A DNA stretch of 63,967 bases, filler included, from Hausera hauseri (Eukaryota), in assembly GCA_046269625.1 (NCBI GenBank). It is 10 parts of 10 records of this genome, joined end to end, with 100 filler letters (N's around TTAATTAATTAA, not from the genome) between each part and the next. Parts side by side here need not be neighbours in the genome. Positions count along the whole stretch, not along the records: positions 34,255 to 39,572 come from JBJURY010281396.1; positions 39,673 to 49,119 come from JBJURY010376590.1; positions 49,220 to 54,670 come from JBJURY010252625.1; 7 more parts are not named here. One strand, given 5' to 3'. Under the pieces are notes generated by a model, which saw nothing but the letters and a program-made list of their open reading frames with translations, was not told the origin of the DNA and made no database searches. Positions 39,101 to 53,109 of the stretch are shown here, piece after piece; position 1 is the first letter of the stretch, and each line of letters starts with the position of its first letter. A program made the position numbers and the translations under genes.

Positions 39101-39572
39101 AGAGTGCCAATTCGTATAATTCGCTATCAATTACCCTTTTCGGTGTAGTTGGGCGATTTTCTCTTCGAGCTTTTCTCCTACGTCGGCACTAAAATCTTCA
39201 GAATACGGAACGACTCGATGTGACAAGTACCATTGTTTCCTGTCACCTTCTAAATTTTCAAATTTGGCAAGTACATAATATCGCACTTTGCAGTGGTGTT
39301 GTTGGAATTTGGCCACCTCTATTTTCAACCGGTTACGCACATGAGCGGGTACATCCTTAAATTGCGCTGCTGTTTTCGCCGTCATGTCCACCTTCATGTC
39401 CACGTATGATCTGTTCAGATCGTACTTCATGTAATGTTGGGAATATTGGTCTCCTGTTCTTCTTGTTGATGCTGTTCTTCCTGCTGCTGCTGCTATTGCT
39501 GGGTACTGTTTCTGATTAAGTCGTCAGGACTTGTTGAGGCCTGACGTTTCTTACTGGTTGTTGTTGTTGTTG
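36181..39572 (-). mobile_element. Polinton/Maverick-type protein-primed family B DNA polymerase, decayed (copy 1)
   Basis: CFLYSILA, FHNFRGYD, FLDSL, YLKLDVYLLADVF, YIDINNLYG, KLKNNSLYG, VAGDTDS and C-terminal LSFNDDKR...AYGH. Many frameshifts. Confidence 0.92.
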
Positions 39573-39672
39573 NNNNNNNNNNNNNNNNNNNNNNNNNNNN
39601 NNNNNNNNNNNNNNNNTTAATTAATTAANNNNNNNNNNNNNNNNNNNNNNNNNNNNNNNNNNNNNNNNNNNN

Positions 39673-42600
39673 ATTTTTTGTACTATGCATGTAAAAGCTT
39701 TGCAAATAGAAGGAAAAAATGTAGAGTAATTTGCGTAAAATTTGGAAATAAAGCAAAATGGAAATGAATGAGAACGTAGGCTATGTTTCGTCTTGATGGA
39801 AACGCTTAAATACCTTAAATAGTGATGTACGTGTAAAAACTTTGCAAATATAAGGAAAACATGTAACGCAATTTGCGTAAAATTTGGAAATGAAGCAAAA
39901 TGGAAACGAAAGTGCAAGGAGGCGGGGTTTCGTCTTGATAGAAACCCTTTAATACCCTGCATCTATTGTGTTATACATGTAAAAAACTTTGCAATTAGAA
40001 GCAAAACATGTAGGGTATTTTGCACACAATTTGGACATGAAGAAAAACAGAAATGAAGTATAAAGTAGGCGCCGTTTCTTTTTGATTGATACCCTTAAAT
40101 ACCCTGCATCTGTTGTGTTGTACATGTAAAAAACTTTGCAATTACAAGCAAAACATGTAGGGCAATTTGCGTAAAATTTGGAAATGAAGCAAAATGGAAA
40201 TGAAGAAGCAAGAAGGCGGTGTTTTCTTCCGTTGCAACACGATAAAATACCCTGCATCTATTGTGTTATACGTGTAAAAACTTTGCAAATACAAGGAAAT
40301 AATGTAGGGCAATTTACGTAACATTTGGAAATGAAGCAAAATGTACATGAAGCAGCAAGCAGGCCGTGTTTTCTTTTGTTGCCACACGCATCGATAGGCT
40401 GCATTTATTGTGCTATACATGCAAAAGCGTTGAAAATACAAGGAAAACATGTAGGGCAATTTGCTTAAAATTTGGAAATGAAGCAATATGGAAATGAATG
40501 TGCAAGAAGGCGGTGTTTTCTTTTGTTGCAACACGCTTAAATACGCTGCGTTTATTGTGCTGCGCATGTAAATGGGTTGCAAATAGAAGAAAAACATGTA
40601 GGGCAATTTGCTTAAAATTTGGAAATGAAGCAAAATGGAAATGAATGTGCAAGGAGGCGGTGTTTTCTTTTGTTGCAACAGGCTTAAATACGCTGCATTT
40701 ATTGTGCTATACATGTAAAAGCGTTGCAAATAGAAGACAATAATTTAGGGCAATTTGCGTAAAATTTGGAAATGAAGCAATTCGGAAATGAAGTATCAAG
40801 GAGGCGGTGTTTCTTTCGTTGCAACAAGCTTAGATACGCTACATTTATTGTGCTGTACATGTAGAAGCGTTGCAAATAGAAGGGAAACATGTAGGGCAAT
40901 TTGCGGAAAATTTGGTAATGAAACAAATCGGAAATGAAGTATCAAGGAGGAGGTGTTTTCTTTCGTTGCAACACGCTTAAATACGCTGTATTTATTGTGC
41001 TGTACATGTAGAAGCGTTGCAAATAGAAGGGAAACATGTAGGGCATTTTGCGTAAAATTTGGAAGTGAAGCAAAATAAAAATGAAGGAGCATGAAGGCCT
41101 GTTTTGTTTCGTTGCAACACGCTTAAATACGCTGCATTTATTGTGCTATACATGTAGAAGCGTTGCAAATAGAAGGGAAACATGTAGGGCATTATGCGTA
41201 AAATTTGGAAGTGAAGCAGAATTATAATGAAGGAGCAAGAAGGCGGTGTTTCTTCTTGATGGAAATGCGTAATACCCTGCATCTATTGTGTTATACATGT
41301 AAAAAACTTTGCAAATACAAGGTAAAATGTAGCGCAATTAGCGTAAAATTTAAAAATGAAGCAAAATGGAAAGGCAGTAGAAAGGAGGCGGCGTTTCCTC
41401 TTGATCAAAGCGCTTAAATAACCTGCATCTCTTGTGTTATACGTGTAAAAACTTTGCAAATAAAAGGAAAACATGTAGGGCATTTTGCGCAAAATTTGGA
41501 AGTGAAGCAAAATGGAAATGAAGGAGCAAGAAGGCGTGTTTTGTTTTGTTGCAACACGATTAAATACGCTACATTTTTTGTACTATGCATGTAAAAGCTT
41601 TGCAAATAGAAGGAAAAAATGTAGAGTAATTTGCGTAAAATTTGGAAATGAAGCAAAATGGAAACGAAAGAGCAAGGAGGCGGTGTTTCTTCTTCATGGA
41701 AACTCATAAATACCCTGCATGTATTGTGTTATACATGTAAAAACTTTGAAAATACAAGGAAATCATGTAGGGCAATTTGCTTACAATTTGGAAATGAAGC
41801 AATATGGAAATAAATGTGCAAGAAGGCGGTGTTTTCTTTTGTTGCAGCATGCTTATATACGCTGCATTTATTGTCCCATACATGTAAAAGCGTTGCAAAA
41901 AGGAGGGAAACATGGAAGGCAATTTGCGTAAAATTCGGAAATGAAGCAAAATGGAAATGAAGGAGCAAGAAGGCGGTGTTTTCTTTCGTTGAAACACAAT
42001 TAAATACGATGCATTTATTGTGCTATGCATGTAAGTGCGTTGCAAATAGAAGGAAACATGTAGGGCAATTTGCGTAAAATTTGGAAGTGAAGTAAAATGG
42101 AAAGGAAGGAGCAAGGAGGCGGTGTTTCGTCTTGATGAAGCGCTTAAATACCCTGCATCTATTGTGTTATACATGTAAAAAACTTTGCAAATACAAGGAA
42201 AACATGAAGGGAAATTTGCGTATAATTTGGATATTAAGCAAAACAAAAGTGAAAGAGAATGTAGGCGGTGTATCTTATTGGTGGAAACGTTTAAATGCCC
42301 TGAATTTAATGTGGTATACATGAAAAAAACTTTGCAAATACAAGAAAAACATGACGGGCTATTTGCGTAATATTTGGAAATGAATCAATATGGAAATGAA
42401 GTAGAAAGGAGGAAGCGTTTCGTCTTGATGGAAGGGCTTAAATACCCTGCATCTATTGTGCTATACGTGTAAAAACTTTGCAAATAGAATGAAAACATAT
42501 AGGGCAATTTGCTTAAAATTTGGAAATGAAGGAACAGTTAGGCGGCGTTTCTTCTTGGTGGAAACGCATAATGCCCTGCATGTCTTGTGTTACACATGTA

Positions 42601-45600
42601 AAAATCTTTGCAAATACGAGACAAACATGTTGAGCAATTTGCGTAAAATTTGGAAGTGAAGCAAAATGGAAATGAAGTAGAAAGGAGGCGGCGTTTCTTC
42701 TTGATCGAAACGCATAAATACCCTGCATCTATTGTGTTATACGTGTAAAAACTTTGCAAATAGAATGAAAACATATATGGCAATATGCGTAAAATTTGGA
42801 AATGAAGCAAAATGGAAATGAAGGAGCAAGAAGGCGGTGTTTTCGTTTGTTCCAACACGCTTATATACGCTGCATTTATTGTGCTATACATGCAAAAGCG
42901 TTGCAAATAGAAGGAAAACATGTAGGGCAATTTGAGTAAAATTCGGAAGTGAAGCAATATGGAAACGAAGTAGCAAGGAGACGGTGTTTCTTCTTTATGG
43001 AATCGGTTCAATACCCTGCATCTATTGTGATGTATATGTAAAAAACTTTGCAAATACAAGGAAAACATGTAGGGCAATTTGCGTAAAATTTGGAAATGAA
43101 GCAAAATGGAAATGAATGTGCAAGAAGGCCGTTTTGTCTCTTGTTGCAACACGCTTAAATACGCTCCATTTATTGTGCTATATATGCAAACGCGTTTTAA
43201 TTAGACGGAAAACATGTAGGTTAATTTGCGCAAAATTTGGAAATGAAGCAAAATGGAAATGAAGGAGCAAGGAGGCGGTGTTTCGTCTTTATGGAAACGC
43301 TTAGATACCCTGCATCTATTGTGTCATACATATAAAATACTTTGCAAGCAGAAGGAAAATATGTAGGGCAATTTGCGGAAAATTGGGAAATGAAGCAAAA
43401 TGGAAATGACGGAGCAAGAATGCGGTGTTTTATTTCGTTGCACCACCATTAAATACGCTGCATTTATTGTGCTACGCATGTAAATGCGTTGCAAATAGGA
43501 GGAAAACATGTACATGCATTGGCGTAAAATTTGGAAATGAAGCAAAATGGAAATGAAGAATCAAACAGGCGGTGTTTCGTCTTAATTGCAACGCTTAAAT
43601 ACCCTGCATATTTTGTGTTGTACATGTTAAAGACTTTGCAAATAGAAGGAAAACGTGTAGGGCAATTTTCGTAAAATTTGGAAATGAAGCAAAATGGAAA
43701 TGAAGTAGGAAGTAGGCGGCGTTTAGTCTTGATGGAAACGCTTAAATACCCTGCGTCTATTGTGCTAAACATGTAAGAATCTTTGAAAGTAGAATGAAAA
43801 CATGTATGGCAATTTGCGTAAAAATTGGAAATGAAGTAAAATGGAAATAAAGCAGCAAGGAGGCGGTATTTCATCTACATGGAAACGCTTGAATATCCTG
43901 CATTTAATGTGCTACGCGTGCAAAAATCTTTGCAAATACAAGGAAAACATATAGGGTACTTTACGTCAAATTTGGAAATGAAGCAAAATGGAAATGAAGC
44001 AGCAAGCAGGCGGTGTTTTCTTTCGTAGCAACACGCTTAAATAGGCTGCTTTTATTGTGCTCTACATGTAAAAGCGCTGCAGATTAAAGGAAAACATGTA
44101 GGGCAATTTGGGTAAAATTTGGAAATGAAACAAAATGGAAATGAATGATCAAGAAAGCTGTGTTTTCTTTCGTAGCAACACGCTTAAATACGCAGCAGTT
44201 ATGGGGCTATACATGTAACGCGTTGCAATTTCGAGGGAAATATGTAGGGCAATTTGCGTAAAATTTGGAAATATAGCAAAATGGAAATGAAGAAGCAAGG
44301 TGGCGGTGTTTTATTTTGTTGCAGCGTGCTTAAATATGCTGCATATACTGTGCCATACATGTAAAAGCGTTGCAAATAGAAGGAAAACATGTAGGGCAAT
44401 TTGGGTAAAATTTGGAAATGAAGCAAATTTGAAAGGAAGGAGCAAGGAGGCGCTGTTTCTTCTTGATGGAAACGCTTAAATACCCTGCATCAATGGTGTT
44501 ATACATTTAAAAACTTAGCACATACAAGGAAAACATGTAGGCCAATTTGCATTAAATTAGGAAGTGAAGCAAAATGGAAATGAAGGATCAAGAAGGCGGT
44601 GTTTCATTTACTGCAACATGCTTATGTACGCTGCGTTTATTGTGCTATACATGTAAAAGCGCTGCAAATAGAAGGAAAACATGTAGGGCAATTTGAGTAA
44701 AATTTGAAAATGAAGCATAATGGAAATGAAGTTGCAATAAAGCGGTGTTTTCTTTTGTTGCAATACGCGTATATACGCTGCATTTATTGTGCTATACATG
44801 TGAAAGCGTTGCAAATAGAAGAAAAACATATAGGGCAGTTTGCGTAAAATTTGGAAATGAAACATAATGGAAACGAAGGAGCAAATAGGCGGTGTTTTCT
44901 TTTGTTGCAACACGCTTATATACGCTGCTTTTTTGTGCTGTACATGTAAGAGCTTTGCAGATAGAAAGAAAAAATCTAGGTTAATTTGCATAAAATTTGG
45001 AAATGAAGCAAAATGGCAATGAACGATCAAGAAGGCGGTGTTTTCTTTCGTAACAACACGCTTAAATACGCAGCATTTATGGGACTATATATGTAAACCG
45101 TTGCAATTTCGAGGGAAATGTGTAGGGCAATTTGCGTAAAATTTGGAAGTGAAATAAATGGAAATGAAGGAGCAAGGTGGCCTTGTTTCGTCTTGATAGA
45201 AACGCTTAAATACCCTGCATCTATTGTGTAATACATGGGAAAAATTTTGCAAATACAAGGCAAATATGTAAAGCAATTTGCATAAAATTTGGAAGTGAAA
45301 TAAATGGAAATGAAGGAACAAAGAGGCGGTGTTTCCTCTTGATGGAATCGTTTAAATACCCTGCATCTCTTGTGTTATGCATGTAAAAAACTTTGCAAAT
45401 AGAAGGAAAACATATAGGGCAATTTGCCTAAAATTTGTAAATGAAGGAAAATGGAAATGAAGGAGCAAGTAGGCGGTGTTTCTTCTTGATAAAAACGCTT
45501 AAATATTCTGCATCCATTGTGTTATACATGTAAAAAGCTGTGCAAATAGAAGGAAAACATGTGCGGCAATTTGCGTAAAATTTGGAAATGAAGCAGAATG

Positions 45601-48441
45601 GAAGTGGAGCAGCAAGGAGACGGTATTTCTTCTTAATGGAAACGCTTAAATACCCTGCATCCATTGTGTTATATATGTAAAAAACGTTGCAAAGACAAGG
45701 AAAACATGTAGTTCATTTTGGGTAAAAATTGGGAATGAAGCAAAATGGAAATGAAGGAGCAAGGAGGCGGTGTTTTGTTTCGTTGCAACACGCTTAAGTA
45801 CGCTGCTTTCATTGTGCAGTACATGTAAAAGCGTTGCAAATACAAGGAAAATATGTAGAGCAATTTGAGTGAAATTTGGAAATAAAGCAATATGGAAATG
45901 AAGGAGCAAGGAGGCGGGGTTTCTTCTTGATAGAAACGCCCAAATGCCCTGCATCTGTTTTGTTATACATGTGAAATCGTTTTGCAAATACAAGGAAAAC
46001 ATGTAGGGCAATTTGCGTAAAATTTGGAACAGAAGCAAAATGGAAATGAATGAGCAAGAAGGCGGTGTTTTGTTTTGTTGCAACAGGCAACAATACTCTG
46101 CATTAATTGTGCTATACATGTAAAAGTGTTGCAAATACACGGGAATCATGTAGGGCAATTTGCATAAAATTTGGAAGTGAAGCAAAATGGAAACGAATGA
46201 GCAAGGAGGCGGTGTTTCGTCTTAATGGAAACGCTTAAATACCCTGCATCCATTGTGTTATATGTAAAAATCTTTGTAAAAACAAGGAAGACATGTAGGG
46301 CATTTTGCGTAAAATTTGGGAATGAAGCAAAATGGAAATGAAGGAGCAAGAAGGCGGTGTTTTGTTTTGTTGTAACACGCTTCAGTACGCTGCATTTATT
46401 GTGCTACACATGTAAAAGTGTTGCAAATACGCGGGAAAGATGTAAAGCAATTTGCGTAAAATTTGGAAATGAAGCGAAATGGAAATGAAGGAGCAAGAAG
46501 GCAGTGATTTCTTTCGTTGAAACACGCTTAAATACGCAGCATTTATTGTGCTATACATGGAAAAGCGTTGCAATTGCGAGGGAAGCATGTATGGCAATTT
46601 GCAAAAAATTTGGATGTGAAGAAATGTGGAAATGAAGGAGCAAGTAGGCAGTGTTTTCTTTCGCATCTATTGTGCTATACATGTAAAAGCGTTGCAAATA
46701 CAAGGGAAACATGTATGGCAATTTGCGTAGAATTTGGAAATGAAACAAAATGGAAAAGAAGGAGCAAGAATGCGGTGTTTTCTTTTGTCGCAACACGATT
46801 ATATACGGTGCATTTATTGTGCTATACATGCAAAAGCGTTGCAAATGAAATAGAAACATGTAGTTCACTTTGCATAAAATTTGGAAATGAAGCAAAATGG
46901 AAATGAAGTACCAAGGAAGTGGTGTTTGGTCTTGATGAAAACTCTTAAATACCCTGCATCCATTGTGTTATACGTGTGCAGACTTTGCAAATACAAGGAA
47001 AACATCTAGGGCAATTCGCGTACTATTTGGAAATGAAGCCAAATGGAAATGATAAAACAAGTAGGCGGTATTTCTTCTTGGTGGAAACGCTTAAGTATCT
47101 TGCATTTAATATGTTATACATGTAAAAATCTTTGCATATACAAGAAAAACATGTTGGGCAATTTGTGTAAAATTTGGAAACGAAGCAAAATTGACATGTA
47201 GGTGCAAGGAGGCAGTGTTTCCTTTTAATGGAAACGCTTAAATACCCTGCATCCATTGTGCTATACATGCAAAAAACTTTGCAAACACAAGGAAAACATG
47301 TAGGGACATTTGCGTAAAATTTGGAAATGACATAAAATTGAAATGAAGGAGCAAGATTGCGGTGTTTTCTTTCTTTGCAACACGCTTAAATGCGCTGCTT
47401 TTATTGCGCTCTACATGAAAAAGCGTTGCAAATACAAAGAAAACATGTAGGGCAATTTGCGCCAAATTTGGGAATGAAACAACATGGAAATGAAGGATCA
47501 AGGAGGCCGTATTTCCTCTTGATGGAAACGCTTAAATACCCTGCACCTATTGTGTTATACATGTAAAAAGCCTTGTAAATACAAGGAAGACATGTAGGGC
47601 ATTGTGCGCAAAATTTGGGAATGAAACAACATGGAACTGAAGGATCAAGGAGTCGGTGTTTCTTCTTGATTGAAACGCATAAATTCCCTGCAACCATTGT
47701 GTTATACATTTAAAAAACTTCGCAAATAGAAGGAAAACATGTAGGGGAATTTGCGTAAAATTTGGAAATGAAGCAAAATGAAAATGAAGGAGCAAGAAGA
47801 CTGTGTTTTCTTTCGTTGTAACACGCCTAAATACGCTGCTTTTATTGTGCTCTACGTGTAAAAGCGTTGCAAATAGAAGGAAAACATGTAGGGCAATTTG
47901 CGTCAAATTTGGACATGATGCAAAATGGAAACGAAGGAGCAAGGGGGCGGTGTTTTCATTCGTTGCAAGACGCTTAAATGCTCTGCGTTAATTGTGCTCT
48001 ACATGTAAGAGCGTTGCAAATAGAAGGAAATCATGTAGGGCAATTTGCGTACAATTTGGAAATAAAGCAAAATGGAAAGCATGGAGCAAGGTGGCGGTGT
48101 TTCTTCTTGATGGAAACGCTTAAATACCCTGCATCTGTTGTGTTATACATGTTAAAATTTTTGCAAATACAAAAAAACCATGTAAGGCATTTTTTGTAAA
48201 ATAAAGAAATGAAGCAAGATGGAAATTAATTAGCAAGAAGGCTGTGTTTCCTTTCGTTGCAACACGCTTAAGTACGCTGCGTTTCTTGCGCTCAACATGT
48301 AAAAGCGTTGCAAATACGAGGAAAACATGTAGGGCAATTTGCGTAAAATTTGGAAATGAAGCAAAATGGAAACGAACGAGCAAGTATGCGGTGTTTCGTC
48401 TTAATTGAAACCCTGAAATACCCTGCGTCAATTGTGTTATA
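39673..48441. repeat. Tandem array of ~147-bp monomers (~60 copies, two interspersed subtypes)
   Basis: The anchor tttGGaaatgaag falls at 39886, 40033, 40180, 40327, 40474, 40621 and 40768, a period of 147 bp. Confidence 0.97.
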
Positions 48442-49119
48442 CAGTAGCGGTCAAAAGTTTAAATACAGTGCATTAATTAAGACTACATGCGTGAAAACTG
48501 CATTTATTTGAAAATTAATCATTATCAAGGTAAATTTTATTTCAAATTATAGAGAAACATTTGTTTGATAAGTAAGTGTAAAGTGAAAAATAAAAACCGC
48601 TGTTAAACTATTTTAGATGGGTAAAAGAAAATCATTGACAGTTTCTGAACGGTCACAAATAATCACATTGTGGATGGAAAAATATTCCTATCGTCAGATT
48701 TCTGCTAAAACAGGGCATTCCACAGGAGCTATTCAAACGGCGATACGAAATTATAAAAATAATGAACAATTTGTTGATTTACATCGAACAGGAAGACCTC
48801 GGAAGACAACTTCAAAGCTGGATAGAACAATTACAAGAATGTCGTTACGTAATCGTCGCCTTACTGCACCTGATATACGCCATACCTTGAGCAAATTTTA
48901 CAATATACTTTTGTCGGACAGCACTGTAAAACGTCGGTTATGTGCTTTTGGCTTATCTGGACGCGTAGCTCGACGCAAACCCCTGATTTCCGTTAAAAAT
49001 CGACAACACCGAAAAAGGTGGTGTAAGGAACGCCTCAATTGGAACGCTGACAAGTGGAATCAAGTGATCTGGTCAGATGAAACTATGTTTTACTGTTTTG
49101 GGAATGATGTTCGGCAATA
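48442..49119 (+). mobile_element. Tc1/mariner DNA transposon, left TIR plus 5' half of the transposase (ORF from 48617), cut by the contig end
   Basis: TA|CAGTAGCGGTCAAAAGTTT terminus. Paired-like HTH, GRPRKTT linker, RRKPLIS and VIWSDET (first catalytic Asp). Confidence 0.95.
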
Positions 49120-49219
49120 NNNNNNNNNNNNNNNNNNNNNNNNNNNNNNNNNNNNNNNNNNNNTTAATTAATTAANNNNNNNNNNNNNNNNNNNNNNNNN
49201 NNNNNNNNNNNNNNNNNNN

Positions 49220-52115
49220 ACGTAAAAAACGAGGACACTTTGTATTTCTTGTACTCTATTCTGGCAGTGACCAAGTATTCTTTCTTTGATCATCATAATG
49301 ACAGGAATAGAGTTAGCAATTACATTCCATATTTAAGGGAGCTGAAATATTCATTGGATCATATGCCTATGAAAATATGTAACATAGGTACATTTGCGAG
49401 GCAGAATCCGCAGTTGTAAATTAATGTCTTTTTGTTTCATGAGGAGTACGATGTGGATTTTGATGAGGACATAGTGAAAAATCCATTCGTCGATATTTTG
49501 TATAGAAGAAAAAATCTGAATGGAGCTGTAGTTATCTTGGTGATTCTTCAGAATAATGAACACTTTTACTATGTGGTTGTACCCAATCTTAATAGACTGT
49601 TGAATATAAACAGTAATAAAATCTGTATTTAATGTAAGCATTGGTGTGAGAAATGGTTGCATGGCATTAGACTTGACACTTCTTACGCTAAGTATTTACT
49701 CATGTGCAATTCTCCCGCAAAGTGCATGACATTGTACAAATGCCCGAAAATAAGTTTTGTGAGTTTAAGGACTGGGCAAAATCAATAAGTCCGCCTTTCG
49801 TCGTATATGCTGATTTTGAATCGGTTCTGTTCCCTGACGATAAAGTCAAGCATATTCATTTGCTTGCTGCAGTCGGTCTCTTGTTAGGAATACCAACAGG
49901 TATTGTATATAGGCAATTTATTGGTGAAAATTATATAGTTGAATTTTTGGCCTGTTTAGAGGAAATTGTTAAAACATTAGTTTCCACGTGGTATAAAAGT
50001 GCCAAAAAGCCAATGATCCCGTTAACATCGGCGGAATGGTTTCGATTTAAAAACGCTATAGCATGTTACCTTTGCCACGAACAAGGCACTAAATTTTTTA
50101 TGGATTACTGCCACGTTACAGGTAAAAACTTGGGCCCAGCTAGTAATCAGTTTAACTTAGCTCTTAAGATAAGGGATAATTTACCTATTATTTTTCATAA
50201 TTTGCGTGGATATGACTTGCATCATATCTTAAAACACCCAGTAAGTAAATGTTGTAGTTGGTAATTAAGTGTTATTCCGCAAACAACTAAAAAGTTTTTA
50301 ACAATGCAGACAATCATACGCTGTTCAGCTAAAAGTCTGTATACATTCGGTTTCTCGACTCGTTACAGGTTTTACCTGCTTCACTCAAACATTAGTCTCG
50401 ATCTTAGATAGCTATCCCTTTACTGAGTCTGCTTTTCCTTCGGACATTATTAGAGGAAAAGGTGTATTTCCGTATACTGCTGCAAAATCTTTCGATGACT
50501 TGCAGTCTGTTAAAGAGTTACCACTGAAATGGGATGATGTTATTGACAGCGATTATGAAGAAGCGTAAACGGTTTAATCAAAAGACAGTTGCAACTCTCT
50601 TTTGGATTGTATGTTGGTATTTATGAAGCTCGACGTATACTTGTTAGGCGATATTTTGGAACGGTTTAGAAAGGAGGTTAAGATGCAGGATGGATTAGAG
50701 GTCGTTAATTTCCTTTCTATTTCGGGTATATCTTGGGCAACTGCACTGAAAACGAGTCCATGCCGTACTGAACTCATACAAGACCCTGAGATGTACAATT
50801 TCTTTCAATCGGATTTTCGCGGTGGTATGATTTTTACTAAATATGCATAAGTTTGTCTCCAATGAAAGCACCAGTTTCTTGTACATAGATGTAAATAATT
50901 TTTACCACTGGGCTTTATCGCAACCACTATCAATTGCGAATTTGACATGGATATATGATGAAGACAAAATAACTAGCCTGATTGAACGATTGCCCTATAT
51001 TGACTGTGTTGAGGAAAAACGAGGCTAATTCTTTGAAATCGACTTAAGCTTTCTGGCTGAAAAACATGATAAATTGAACCAGTTGCGTCTATCCCCAATT
51101 AATAAACGTCCTCCTGGTTCAAAATTTAAGAAACTGCTTATTGCACATGAGAGTAAATCCAACTGTGTTGTTCCCTATCGCATCTTGCAGTTGTACATCG
51201 AATTAGGCGCTGAAGTATAAAAGATTCATCGTGCGGCTGAGTTTGACCAAGCTTATGTCTTTAAGGACTATATCGAACTAAATACTGCTACGAGGGCTGC
51301 AGCAAATAATTCTTTTGAAAAAGACTTTTAAGCTTAAGAACAACAGCGTATATGGAAAAATAGTAGAAAGTTTGCTTAATAGGTCAAACCTTAGACTGTG
51401 TAATAATCCTAAAAAGCTAATCACATATGCTAGTAAGTCCCAATTTAAAGAGAGCATTTTTATAGCCGGTGATCTGGTTGCCCCTCTCCTCGATAAAGAC
51501 GTAGTCACCTTAGATACGCCCTCACACATCGATCAGGAAGTACTTCATTTATCCAAGTTACGGATGTATGAGCTGAATTATATCAAATTGGAAACGTATA
51601 GACACCAGTTTCAGTGTGAACTTAATATTGTTGTTGGTGACACAGACAACATTTTCCTTGAATACCGTGGTGTTGACTTAAAATCACAACTGTTACCGAA
51701 AATGATAGCAAACGAGCAGTTAGATACTTCAAACTATGATAAACGTGATCCGCTTTACTCGACTCGTTTCGCAGCTGTAATTGGTAAATTTAAAGATGAG
51801 AGCAAGGGCTGCGTTCAGTGTCAAGAGGCGATTTTCCTACGGCCAAAATCCTGTGCCCTCAAAACCCAAACCAAACCAGTGCTCAAATGCAAAGGGATTA
51901 ATCTTAAGCAGACAGACTTACAATTCAGTAACTACCTACAGGCTTATGAAACCGGTTACAGCAGCACGTTGGATCAGGAACTAATAGGAACTAAAAACCA
52001 CCAAATTATGACAATCAACTCAAGAAAGAAAGCATGAGACCCTATTGACGACAAACGCCAGTGGATTGACAAGAACAAAATTGTTGCGTATAAACATTAT
52101 TGTACAAATATGTGA
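49220..52115 (+). mobile_element. Polinton/Maverick-type protein-primed PolB, decayed (copy 2)
   Basis: VYADFES, FHNLRGYD, KGVFPY, MKLDVYLLGD, YIDVNNFY, KLKNNSVYGK, VVGDTDN, GKFKDE and IDDKR. AATAAA at 52130. Confidence 0.92.
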
Positions 52116-53109
52116 TTTTATTTTGTGTCAATAAATATTTCTCTCTTTATTGTGTTCGTTTTATTAATTATAGTAAATATGTTTAGTTTTTCTGTTTTGG
52201 TATTATGAACATTTATAACATACAAATGTTAACATATATTATTGAACAAATCTTGATAAATGTATTACAACAGCACCAGTATGAATACTACACACAAGTA
52301 AAACATGTCTCTGTCTTTTTCTAAATTCCCCTTTAATGTTTGTCATTAATATCGACATATTCTTCCTTTGACAAAAATTACTCATGTTCCAGTTCATTTA
52401 GAAATTGGACGCAATTAATTTTTCCACTTAATATTTCATCGGTGAGTCGCTTAAATTCAGCTTCTAAATATATTTTGTAATACTAAGTATATAATTTAGA
52501 AGAACAGATTTAAAAAACATACCATTTGTCGTATCATTTTTTGAAACAACGCCATGCTATTTGCACACCTATTTTTATACACAACCACCAATATTAAAAC
52601 AAAAATAATTTTTCGCGGCAAATTTGAATTTCCATACATACCTAAAAACAACGCAGTAGACTTGCTTCTCACACACACATGCACCACCCATCTCCACCCT
52701 ATTACCGTGCGTGTGTGTAGCATTTTTCTACCCCATGACTCGTCTTTGAACCACTTCGTTTCTTTCCTTCCCTTGGAGGGGGTGCCATGTGTTCATATCT
52801 ATCTACTCATATATGAGGTGCCCATGATTTGTCTTTATCACCAATTTTACACTGGAAGTATAATTCTCAAGCTTTTTGAATAATTGCAATCATACTTCTT
52901 TTCTGTGCTTTCATAGTAGACTCGCCACATATGTAACAAAACGTATCACGGCTATTGCGACACTCACGCGTATTTAGTATTCAAACTCGAAAGTTCTACT
53001 GATATGAAATCTTTATTTGCTCAGAAAATAACAAAGAAACACTCACTTATTGATGCTGCTATAATAGGGGGAAAATGTACCTTCGGTCCCACCTCCGGAG
53101 AGGGATTCG

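Noticed and set aside
39621-48431. Dozens of similar 60-205 aa ORFs suggesting a repeat-protein family or CRISPR-like array
   Set aside because: They arise because the 147-bp monomer is a multiple of three, and they appear in several frames and on both strands. There are no unique spacers and no cas genes.
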